NCBI GenBank assembly: GCA_046483305.1
Contig: JAWODM010000010.1
Span: forward strand, 1-16,259
Source: Candidatus Krumholzibacteriales bacterium
GTDB taxonomy: Bacteria; Krumholzibacteriota; Krumholzibacteriia; Krumholzibacteriales; WJIX01
Length of the DNA: 16,259 nt
Direction of reading: 5' to 3'
Positions 7,875-15,766 of this stretch are shown here, piece after piece. Below the pieces are notes generated by a model that was given only the letters and a program-made list of their open reading frames with translations, was not told the origin of the DNA and made no database searches. Both the position numbers and the translations under genes were made by a program. Positions within the stretch are counted from its first letter, which is position 1, and each line of letters starts with the position of its first letter.

Positions 7875-8372
7875 ATGAGTATTTCATTTAACGCCGACGA
7901 AGTATTTGAAATGGGAATGGACGTTGAGAAAAACGGTGAGGCATATTACCGGAAGGCCGCGGAAAAAGTTGACGATCCGGCGGTAAAGGAAGTGATGATC
8001 TTTCTGGCCGACGAGGAACAGAAGCATTTCCAGATCTTCCGCAAACTGCGCGAATCTCTGCCGGCAAAAGCTACCACCACAGTTACCCAGGACCCGGAGG
8101 ACCAGGAAGCTCTTTATCTTGACGCCCTGGTCAAGTCCCGGCTGTTCAACACCGAGAAGGAAGCGGAGCGTATCGCGTCCAGCGTAAAGGGAGAGTTGGA
8201 AGCCCTCAAAACGGCTCTTTCTTTCGAAAAGGATACTATCCTCTTCTTCATGTATATGAAGGATATGACCAGGAAAGACCTGGGCAGGGATAAGATAGAT
8301 ATGCTGATCGAGGAGGAACACCGGCACGTGGTAAAGATCTCCGAGATCATCAAGACACTGACGGAAAAGTAG
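7875..8372 (+). CDS. Second ferritin-like diiron protein (rubrerythrin family, 165 aa)
   Basis: FNADEVFEMGMDVEKNGEAYY...LADEEQKH and ALSFEKDTILFF...IEEEHRH. Start re-called at ATG 7875 (GGAGG at 7860-7864); the ORF-track GTG at 7827 lies inside the hairpin. Confidence 0.85.
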   Translation: MSISFNADEVFEMGMDVEKNGEAYYRKAAEKVDDPAVKEVMIFLADEEQKHFQIFRKLRESLPAKATTTVTQDPEDQEALYLDALVKSRLFNTEKEAERIASSVKGELEALKTALSFEKDTILFFMYMKDMTRKDLGRDKIDMLIEEEHRHVVKISEIIKTLTEK

Positions 8373-8422
8373 AGATCATCCAGAGATAAAATCTGTAATT
8401 CTCAAAAGTCCGGAGTAAGTAG

Positions 8423-9241
8423 ATGGATGGAAATACAGGTTGCCGTCGCGGGAAGCTCAAGGATATGCTGGACAATCTCTATCTGCGTTATAACCGCAGG
8501 GAGTATGTCAGCTCAGACCCGCTTGTGTTTCTGTACGATTATCCCGACGTAAGAGACAGGGAAATAGCAGGCCTTGTCGCTTCCTCGCTGGCGTTCGGGA
8601 ATGTCAAACAGATCAATAAAAGTGTCGCCAGAGTGCTCCAGAGTATGGGAGCTTCTCCCCGCCGGCACCTTCTTTCTAAGGGAGTAAAATGCCTGGATGG
8701 TTCTCTGAAGGGTTTCAAGCACCGGTGGATAGATTCGCGTCAGATCACCCGGCTTCTGAGTTCAGTCATAACCGCCCTTGAGAAATTCGGCACACTGGAA
8801 GGATGTTTTATTTCGCATATGAGAAGCGCCGGAGGCAACATCAATCCGGCGCTCAGCGGCTTTGTGAATGAGCTGGACGGGGGCTTCCTGAGAAAGGGAT
8901 TTCTCGCCTGCCCCGAAAAGGGGAGCCCCTGCAAGAGGCTTTACCTCTATCTGCGGTGGATGGTCCGGGAGGATGAAGTTGATCCAGGCGGGTGGAGTTC
9001 TCTCTCTCCCGCAAAGCTGACAGTCCCGCTGGATACTCACATGTACAGATTATCCAGGAAACTGGGACTGACCGAAAGGTCCCAGAGAGATATGAAAACA
9101 GCCGTGGAGATCACTGATTCTTTCAGAGAAATTTCACCGGAAGACCCGGTGAAATACGATTTCGCTCTTACCAGGGTTGGAATAATCAACAACCCGGGTA
9201 TGCGTGAATTTGAAAACAGCCTTGAAGAGATAGCATGTTAA
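8423..9241 (+). CDS. TIGR02757 / DUF2400 family protein (HhH-GPD-like, function unknown)
   Basis: Family motifs DP....Y....DREIAGLVASSLAFGNVKQI, SPCKRLYLYLRWMVR, VDPGGW, VPLDTH, A.EIT...R...PEDPVKYDFAL. The true start may be the internal Met (MLDNLY, 8465). Confidence 0.85.
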   Translation: MDGNTGCRRGKLKDMLDNLYLRYNRREYVSSDPLVFLYDYPDVRDREIAGLVASSLAFGNVKQINKSVARVLQSMGASPRRHLLSKGVKCLDGSLKGFKHRWIDSRQITRLLSSVITALEKFGTLEGCFISHMRSAGGNINPALSGFVNELDGGFLRKGFLACPEKGSPCKRLYLYLRWMVREDEVDPGGWSSLSPAKLTVPLDTHMYRLSRKLGLTERSQRDMKTAVEITDSFREISPEDPVKYDFALTRVGIINNPGMREFENSLEEIAC

Positions 9242-9327
9242 TTTTTCTGATGGTGATCGATACCGGGAAAGAGCTTTAAAATAAGTTTTTCATTCATCTG
9301 AAAGAACCGTAAAAGGAAGGTGATGAG

Positions 9328-9843
9328 ATGATCAACGAAAAGGTGAACAAGGCGTTCAATGAGCAGATTACGAAGGAGATGTACTCCGCTTACCTTTATC
9401 TCTCCATGGCCACCCAGTTTTACGCCGATGGGCTGGAGGGAATAGGACAGTGGCTCAAAGCCCAGGCATTTGAGGAACTGATTCACGCCATGAAATTCTT
9501 TGACCATATCGTGGAAAGGGACGGCAGGGTTGAACTGGAAGAGATAGAAAAACCTCCCTCCGAATGGGATTCTCCGGTGAGCGCGTTCAAGGATGCCCTC
9601 AAGCATGAAGAATATATAACCGGCGAAATAAACAAACTGGTCGACCTTTCGGAGAAAGAAAAGGACTATGCCTCCAAAACCCTTCTCCAGTGGTTCGTAG
9701 ACGAGCAGGTTGAAGAGGAAGGTTCCGCATCCAGGGTGCTGCAGGAGCTGGAGATGGTCAAGGGCTCTCCGCACGCGCTTCTGATGCTGGACAAGGAATT
9801 GGGAGGCCGCGCCATAGCCGGAGAGAAAGACGAGGAAGAGTAA
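9328..9843 (+). CDS. ftnA: Non-haem bacterial ferritin
   Basis: NEQITKEMYSAYLYLSMA, EELIHAMKFFD, ALKHEEYIT..IN.L, LQWFVDEQVEEE: a complete ferroxidase centre. AAGGAAGGTG RBS upstream. Confidence 0.95.
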   Translation: MINEKVNKAFNEQITKEMYSAYLYLSMATQFYADGLEGIGQWLKAQAFEELIHAMKFFDHIVERDGRVELEEIEKPPSEWDSPVSAFKDALKHEEYITGEINKLVDLSEKEKDYASKTLLQWFVDEQVEEEGSASRVLQELEMVKGSPHALLMLDKELGGRAIAGEKDEEE

Positions 9844-9997
9844 GTCAATAGAATCGGATATCGATGCGCCTGCCGTATCGACTTTAAATCAGCCCGGGTA
9901 ATCACCCGGGGGCTTTCGGCCCTCATAAGGGTTATAACCCCGGACTCCGGGGCCGGCGTCAAACCGGCCTCCTTACGATCCAAACAGGCGGAATGAG

Positions 9998-10933
9998 ATG
10001 AACATTTTCAGCAGTAGCAAGAGTCATTTCTGCCTCCTGGCGCTGACTGTAATTTCACTGGCGGCCCCTTTATCAGGACAGGAAGAAGAGATGAAAAAAC
10101 TGACAAAAGAAGAAGAACGGGTGATTGTTCACAAGGGAACGGAAGAACCGTTCACGGGCAAATACCACAAACATGAAGCGGAGGGGATTTATACCTGCAA
10201 GCGCTGCGGCGCTCCTCTCTACAGCTCGGAGGACAAATTCGATTCCGGCTGCGGATGGCCGAGCTTTGACGACGAAATCCCCGGAGCAGTAAAGCGGCAG
10301 CCGGACCCTGACGGGATCAGGACAGAGATTGTCTGCGCCAATTGCGGGGCCCACCTGGGACACGTATTTTCCGGAGAAGGTTTTACCGATAAGAACCTCC
10401 GCCACTGCGTCAATTCAATCTCCATGGATTTCATGCCCGCCGAACAGAACAAAATTGAAACAGCCGTCTTCGCCGGAGGGTGTTTCTGGGGAGTGGAGTA
10501 CCATTTCAAGCGGGTTGATGGAGTGATCTCCACCAGCACCGGGTACACCGGCGGAGAAACGGAGAATCCTTCCTATAAGCAGGTATGCGGCGGCAAGACC
10601 GGTCATGTGGAGGCGGTCAGAGTTATCTTCGATCGATCGAAAACCTCGTACGAAGCCCTGGCCAGACTGTTCTTTGAAATACATGATCCTACTCAGAGAA
10701 ACGGCCAGGGTCCGGATATCGGAGACCAGTACCGCTCGGTGATTTTCTATCAGAATCAGGAGCAGAAAGAGACCGCGGAGAAATTAATCGGGATCCTGGA
10801 GGATAAAGGATACGATGTAGCTACCGGGCTTCGTGAAGCCGGGATATTCTGGGAAGCGGAGGATTACCACCAGGATTACTACCAGAAGACCGGAAGCAGT
10901 CCCTACTGCCACATATATCAGAAGAAATTCTGA
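9998..10933 (+). CDS. msrAB: Bifunctional peptide methionine sulfoxide reductase, MsrB-MsrA order, with probable N-terminal signal peptide
   Basis: MsrB: GTEEPFTG, Zn motifs CKRC and CANC, GCGWPSF, HLGHVF, RHCVNS. MsrA: FAGGCFWG, GHVEAV, HDPTQ.NGQGPDIGDQYRS, AEDYHQDY, YCH. An alternative start at ATG 10091 (MKKLTKEE) is possible. Confidence 0.93.
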   Translation: MNIFSSSKSHFCLLALTVISLAAPLSGQEEEMKKLTKEEERVIVHKGTEEPFTGKYHKHEAEGIYTCKRCGAPLYSSEDKFDSGCGWPSFDDEIPGAVKRQPDPDGIRTEIVCANCGAHLGHVFSGEGFTDKNLRHCVNSISMDFMPAEQNKIETAVFAGGCFWGVEYHFKRVDGVISTSTGYTGGETENPSYKQVCGGKTGHVEAVRVIFDRSKTSYEALARLFFEIHDPTQRNGQGPDIGDQYRSVIFYQNQEQKETAEKLIGILEDKGYDVATGLREAGIFWEAEDYHQDYYQKTGSSPYCHIYQKKF

Positions 10934-10977
10934 CCCGGCCGGCTGAACCCGGCAGACCATAAACCTGATAAGAAGGA

Positions 10978-13470
10978 TCAGCGCAGAAGCACCATTCGCC
11001 TGGTCGCGGTGAACCGCTCTGATTCGAGGCGGCAGAAATATACCCCCGAGGTTACCATCTCCCCCCTCTGGTTCCGGCCGTCCCATCTGGCTGAATGAGC
11101 TCCTGCGGGAAGAGCCCTTTCCAGGACTGTCCGGACCAGGCGCCCCGAGACATCATAAATACGCAAAACAGTATATCCGGGCTTCGATAAGGAGAAGCTG
11201 ATGCTGGTGGACGGGTTGAAGGGGTTGGGATAGCAGGGTTTCAGAATATCAGGCGGCGGCGCAGAGGCATCATCAGCACCGGTCGGGGCCGGGGCATACT
11301 GAATCACCACCAGGGCCATGGGAGCAAGATTCAGGGTAATCGACTGGCTGTAACCGTCGTATGAAACGGCTTCCGACCCTAGGGGGCCGCAGTTTGTCGG
11401 CCCCGAACCTCCGTAGTAGCTGTCCTGGCTGTTCAGCTGTTCGTACCAGCTGCCCGCTTCCGGCACTCCGATCCGGTAATCAGAGTAATCGGTATTGGAA
11501 AAATTGGCTATAACCACAAAATCCGCGCCGCTGTCCCAGCGCCTGAACCCTATTACATTGCCGCCTTCGTTTATATGAAAAACCGTATGGGAGGCGTCCG
11601 CGTGAAAAGCGGAATTCTTTCTAAGCTCTATCATATCCTTGAAAAAGGTGAAATGATCGTTGTATTCGGTTTTCTTGGACCAGTCTATACGGTTCTCCGA
11701 TCCGCTCCCGAAATCAGTATCCTCAAGCCAGTCCAGTCCCATAAGAAAAGCGGGAATCCCCGGCGCAAAGTTAACCACCCCCTGCCCCAGTTTGACCCGG
11801 CCCCGGGCATACTGGTCGTCATGCGGATAGGTGGTGTCTATATCCTTTACCATCCTCTGCCCCCCGCTCATTTCCCACGCTTCGTCGTGGAGTTCCATGT
11901 AATTGAACGCCCTGGAGCCGCTGAGATAGGTTCCTCCGCCATTTATGATATCCCTTATCTTCCACATCTCGGGGTCTCCCAGGGCGGCGTCGAATATCTC
12001 CTCGCGGATGGAGTCTACAAAGTAGTCGAAATACTGGGAGTCGAAACCGGCCCCTCCGATACCGGTGGGCCTGGTAACCCAGTCATCGTCGGGAAGCTGC
12101 TCGGCTATCATCACCCTGTCCGCGAACCTGTTGTCCACCAGATCGTTCAGTTCCTGCATCAGGGACCATCCTCCACCCTGCAGGGTCATATAATCGGTGG
12201 CATCCATCCGGAACCCGTCTATGTTATATTCCTCCAGCCAGTGGAGCGCGCTGTGCAGGTAGTAATCTCTTACCTCCTGCCTGTCCAGGTCCGCCTGCGA
12301 CCCCCACGGGGTTTCCACCACCGGATCGTCGAAGTAGATCTGGGTGCCGTCGTAGTACCACAGGTAGTTGTCGCTGTAGCTCACGTGGTTCCAGACGATA
12401 TCCAGGAGTACCGCAATGCCGTTCTGGTGGAGCAGGTCCACCATATACTTAACCCTATCCGCCTGGCCGTAAGCCCACTCCGGGGCGTAGGAGCTGACCG
12501 GGTTGTACCCGCCGGACAGATCGCCGGGAAACTCCGTTATGGGGTTCAGCATTACCGTATTTACGCCCAGTTCGGCGAGGTGCGCGGCCCTTTCGCCGAC
12601 ATCTATATACCGGGAAGGATGGGGAGCCCAGTCGTATGGGTCGTTCCTTCCGGCGAAAGTCCCCACGTGAAGCTGATAGACAATCATCTGATCCAGCTCC
12701 GGGGTGTCGAAATCCTCCACTACCCAGTTATAACCGAAGGGGTCTTCGATTATGGAATTCATGAAACTTCCTGAGTTGAATGCGCGGGCCCTGGCATCCG
12801 CCTTCCATATATCTCCCGGCTCGAAGTAGTACTTGTACTCCTGTCCCGCTGCGGCACCCGGAACGAACGCTATGAAATCATCGCCCGCCCGGTCCATCTG
12901 ATCGGTAAGTCCCCAGCTGTTGAAATCACCCCGGATATAGCAGCTGGTGGCGCCCGGAGCCCAGACCCTGAAAACAACCCCGCCTGTGGCCGGGGTAGCG
13001 CCGAATGGAGCGTGCTCCAGGGTATTGAAATTAAGCGCCCATCCCCCATCAGCGGGCACCCCGTCGGATACCCCCGAAACGCTCAGATAATCGGTATCTG
13101 TCCCGTCAGTCAGTTCTATATAGTAGCTGACACCGGTGGCCGAAGATGTAGCCGGAACCGCTCCCTCCCAGATGTCGTAGGGGCCGCGCCGGCCGGCAAC
13201 CGACGCGGTTATCCAGGAGGCCGAACCTCCGTCATCCAGGTAAATCCTGGCCGAAGTGAGGTCATTACGGTAGGCCTGGAACCTGACCGAGAAGGCTTGG
13301 TTGGAGACCGGGCATAATGGGCGCCGGTCCTGAAACCAGATATGAGAAACGCCGTTCCACTCGATATTATTGTCAGGGGCTGCCGACTGCGCGTCAGCCG
13401 GAACGGCGATCAATGAACAGAGAATAACTGCAGTGGAGAGGCGGGCCGCAATAGGCGATAATGATTTCAT
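10978..13470 (-). CDS. Secreted GH13 alpha-glucan-active enzyme (branching-enzyme/trehalohydrolase-like) with N-terminal Ig-like domain, CBM48 and C-terminal FlgD-Ig/T9SS-type sorting domain
   Basis: Signal peptide ending VPADA-Q. CBM48 FGAT...VVFRVWAPGA...GDFNSW. GH13 regions IVYQLHVGTF, GYNP, LDIVWNH, DGFRMDA (nucleophile), IAEQ (acid/base), ELHDE. C-terminal YPNPFNPST...LRIYDVSGRLVR...WDGRN..G..V.SGVYF.RL. Confidence 0.85.
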   Translation of the reverse strand: MKSLSPIAARLSTAVILCSLIAVPADAQSAAPDNNIEWNGVSHIWFQDRRPLCPVSNQAFSVRFQAYRNDLTSARIYLDDGGSASWITASVAGRRGPYDIWEGAVPATSSATGVSYYIELTDGTDTDYLSVSGVSDGVPADGGWALNFNTLEHAPFGATPATGGVVFRVWAPGATSCYIRGDFNSWGLTDQMDRAGDDFIAFVPGAAAGQEYKYYFEPGDIWKADARARAFNSGSFMNSIIEDPFGYNWVVEDFDTPELDQMIVYQLHVGTFAGRNDPYDWAPHPSRYIDVGERAAHLAELGVNTVMLNPITEFPGDLSGGYNPVSSYAPEWAYGQADRVKYMVDLLHQNGIAVLLDIVWNHVSYSDNYLWYYDGTQIYFDDPVVETPWGSQADLDRQEVRDYYLHSALHWLEEYNIDGFRMDATDYMTLQGGGWSLMQELNDLVDNRFADRVMIAEQLPDDDWVTRPTGIGGAGFDSQYFDYFVDSIREEIFDAALGDPEMWKIRDIINGGGTYLSGSRAFNYMELHDEAWEMSGGQRMVKDIDTTYPHDDQYARGRVKLGQGVVNFAPGIPAFLMGLDWLEDTDFGSGSENRIDWSKKTEYNDHFTFFKDMIELRKNSAFHADASHTVFHINEGGNVIGFRRWDSGADFVVIANFSNTDYSDYRIGVPEAGSWYEQLNSQDSYYGGSGPTNCGPLGSEAVSYDGYSQSITLNLAPMALVVIQYAPAPTGADDASAPPPDILKPCYPNPFNPSTSISFSLSKPGYTVLRIYDVSGRLVRTVLERALPAGAHSARWDGRNQRGEMVTSGVYFCRLESERFTATRRMVLLR

Positions 13471-13536
13471 TCAATGCTCCCGGGCTTATAATATTCCTCC
13501 GGAAAACGGACAGGCAGAGGCATTACATTACGGTTA

Positions 13537-13545
13537 ATTATAACA
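13537..13545 (-). promoter_or_regulatory. Candidate extended -10 promoter for the GH13 gene
   Basis: Minus strand TG-T-TATAAT, about 67 nt upstream of the ATG. No good -35. GGAG RBS at 13480-13477. Confidence 0.4.
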
Positions 13546-13645
13546 CATGCTCCCTGCAAGCGCCAGAGTACGGTTTGTAATACCCGGCCGGCTCTTATCA
13601 GATTTTACGGATAACTGACCCGGAGGGAGCATAACGTTAACTATT

Positions 13646-13870
13646 TCAGGAAAAACTCCTGAACATGCCGGTTTCTCTGATCGATACAGGGTAGCCATCA
13701 ATCCGTTCCGGGATTTTTCTCCTGAGGTCCGGTGTGAGTTTTGACACAAAAATCCTTATGCATGGTTTGCCGTTTTCCCTGCCTTCGCCGGTTCCCACTA
13801 CCCCCGGTATCGACATCAACCTTCCGGTGTGCCTCCTGAGAACTTCTGTTATTGATTCTCCAGCTGACAT
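13646..13870 (-). CDS. Small protein (74 aa) homologous to the N-terminal pro-region of the upstream serine protease
   Basis: MSAGESITEVLRRHTGRLMSIPGVVGTGEG...KIPERIDGYPVSIRETGMFRSFS aligns with protease residues ~54-137. AAGGA lies 9 nt before ATG 13870 (TTG 13879 is an alternative start). An in-frame TAA at 13885-13883 rules out an N-terminal extension. Confidence 0.8.
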   Translation of the reverse strand: MSAGESITEVLRRHTGRLMSIPGVVGTGEGRENGKPCIRIFVSKLTPDLRRKIPERIDGYPVSIRETGMFRSFS

Positions 13871-13923
13871 ATCTCCCAATCCTTACCGTCCCGTTCCACT
13901 CCGGGCTCAGAGGGATAACACTG

Positions 13924-13961
13924 AAAAGGACACAGCCCCTGCGATAACAGGGGCTGTGTCC
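13924..13961 (-). terminator. Intrinsic terminator downstream of the protease gene
   Basis: Perfect 14-bp stem GGACACAGCCCCTG/CAGGGGCTGTGTCC (13928-13941/13948-13961) with a 6-nt loop, followed on the minus strand by only four U (TTTTCAG). Confidence 0.8.
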
Positions 13962-13973
13962 GGGGTCGGTTCT

Positions 13974-15587
13974 TTAGAAAGTCACGGTCGCTTCGTTTGA
14001 GCAGGGAGAACCGCCAATTTCACATACCTGGTAGGTGTAGGATCCTCCTCCGACGCTGCCTGTAGCATCAGTGTAGAATCCATCGTTTTCGGTAACCGTA
14101 AGCAATACGCCATCCCGGTATATCTCCACATCCGTACCTGTAGCACCACTCCATTCGAGATCAGTGGTTTTGCGTCCGCGCACCTTGTATCCGGTAGCGG
14201 TCAGAGTTATACCGCTGCTGCTTCCGCTGCTGACGGATACATCCTTTGAGACCGAATCGATAGCGCCGTCGTCATCGGTAACGGTTAAAGTGACAGTATA
14301 GGTGCCGTCGCTGGCATAGGTATGAGAAGGGTTCTGGGAGGTCGATGTGGCGCCGTCTCCAAAGTCCCAGCTCCAGCTCGCTATGCTTCCGTCCGAATCG
14401 GTGCTCTGATCGGAAAAATCGGCTGTCAGATCACTGGTGGTATAGGTAAAATCAGCGGTGGGTGGATAGTTGGTAGTACCGCTGGTGGCATCATCCACAG
14501 TCACGTTGAACCTGTTAAGCACCAGATTGATCGGGTTCGCCAGGGTGTTTTCGGAACTTCCGGCGAACAGAAGAGCTACCGGGTTTGCATTGCTGTCGTC
14601 CGTAACAATCAATGAACCTGAATCGCCGCCATCGCTGAAGGTTCCGGGGGTGATAGCGATCTGGTCCACGAAAACCGCTGACTTGACACAGTTGAACGGC
14701 CCGCGGGCTTCATAACATACCTCAACGGTGACATTCAGCTCCGAGACCTCACCGTGAGTCCATCCAGTAGTTCGGCCGTACTTCTGGACCTTCATCCCGA
14801 GAGATGCCGATTTGGTAGAAGAGTTGGGGGTTCCGTAGCCGTCACCCTCAGGAGTGGCCGTTCCGACATAAGCAGTCGTAGTCGCTGCGATAGCCGCATC
14901 GATATAGTTACTGCTTCCGTCGTAAAGAATCTGTTCATAATCGTACAGGGTTCCAATGGCGTCCTCGGGGTCCTGCCCTCCGTCGGTCGGTCCTGGCTGA
15001 AGCTCATTGTCACCAATGGATGCGTCATTGCAGTTGGCGTAAATGTGGTTGTTGCTCAGAGCGTATACATTCCCCGAGCTATCCTTTACCCTGCAGCCGA
15101 TTGTACCGGCGGTAATATCGGGATGGCCCGTGGATACGCCGATCGGAACCGGGCGGGGGTACCTTGCAGTAGGATCAGCGAAGATCTTGAAACTGCCTGT
15201 TTTCTTAGCTACCAGAGGTATATTTTCGACTGTCTCCGGGATCGCATTCAGGGCAGCCTCGTTCATCAGGGATTCAAGATCGACAGGTATCTGATCAACC
15301 GCCGAGGCGGTGTAGACCACAACAACCAGATCCCCGGATTCATTGAGGCCGGTTCCGGTTCCAACTACTTCGGGGTGGGTGAACAGAAGGTCAGTATGCC
15401 GGTCCTGAATCGAGATAACCTTCTGTACATCAGGATTCATTACGTTAAACTTGACGGGAGTATCGACCTTTACGGGCTCATTCGGCATATTCGCCTGGTC
15501 GCTGCAGCTTAGCCATAGGCCGGAAGTAACAGCTACCGTCAGAAGCATTACAACCGCAAGGCTTCTCTTGAAATAACTTAATTGCAT
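13974..15587 (-). CDS. Lipoprotein trypsin-like (clan PA, Nal1-like) serine protease with pro-region, PKD domain and C-terminal beta-sandwich
   Basis: Signal peptide with lipobox-like LWLS-C28. Motifs GTIGC, triad H181 (LSNNHI), D230 (IDAA), S323 (GDSGS), and VQKYGRTTGWTHG. PKD domain PPTADF...WSWDFGDGATST.QNPSHTY...GTYTVTLTVTDDDG. C-terminal domain LEWSGA...VEIYRDG...YTYQVCE...CSN. Confidence 0.85.
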   Translation of the reverse strand: MQLSYFKRSLAVVMLLTVAVTSGLWLSCSDQANMPNEPVKVDTPVKFNVMNPDVQKVISIQDRHTDLLFTHPEVVGTGTGLNESGDLVVVVYTASAVDQIPVDLESLMNEAALNAIPETVENIPLVAKKTGSFKIFADPTARYPRPVPIGVSTGHPDITAGTIGCRVKDSSGNVYALSNNHIYANCNDASIGDNELQPGPTDGGQDPEDAIGTLYDYEQILYDGSSNYIDAAIAATTTAYVGTATPEGDGYGTPNSSTKSASLGMKVQKYGRTTGWTHGEVSELNVTVEVCYEARGPFNCVKSAVFVDQIAITPGTFSDGGDSGSLIVTDDSNANPVALLFAGSSENTLANPINLVLNRFNVTVDDATSGTTNYPPTADFTYTTSDLTADFSDQSTDSDGSIASWSWDFGDGATSTSQNPSHTYASDGTYTVTLTVTDDDGAIDSVSKDVSVSSGSSSGITLTATGYKVRGRKTTDLEWSGATGTDVEIYRDGVLLTVTENDGFYTDATGSVGGGSYTYQVCEIGGSPCSNEATVTF

Positions 15588-15766
15588 TGTAATATATCCT
15601 CATCGTTAAAAACAAAGTGGCTCGATTTACTGTTAATGTATGAAGATTGTGCTAGGGAGGGGGCCGCGCCTTCTTGAATATAATCATTAAATAGATTTTG
15701 CAGATTATGCCGCGCAACTTGCCTTCCTATTTACGGCGAGAAGAGGTATTTACTTTATCGCTTCAT

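Noticed and set aside
10938..10953. Possible bidirectional terminator between convergent msrAB and GH13 (GCCGG/CCGGC)
   Set aside because: Only a 5-bp stem with no U-tract on either side.
3980..11086. Numerous minus-strand ORFs across the oxidative-stress cluster (e.g. 5071-5640, 5586-6182, 7050-7634, 9238-9774)
   Set aside because: Each overlaps a confidently identified plus-strand gene and shows no domain signature.
11575..12774. 399-aa plus-strand ORF
   Set aside because: Entirely antisense to the GH13 catalytic domain; long shadow ORF without motifs.
14322..15512. Plus-strand ORFs 14322-14615, 14470-14715, 14754-15512 and 15043-15294
   Set aside because: Antisense shadows of the protease gene.
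7829..15670. Identical 14-mer GAGGGGGCCGCGCC at 7829-7842 and 15657-15670
   Set aside because: About 0.5 such matches are expected by chance in 16 kb, and the second copy lacks the complementary hairpin arm.
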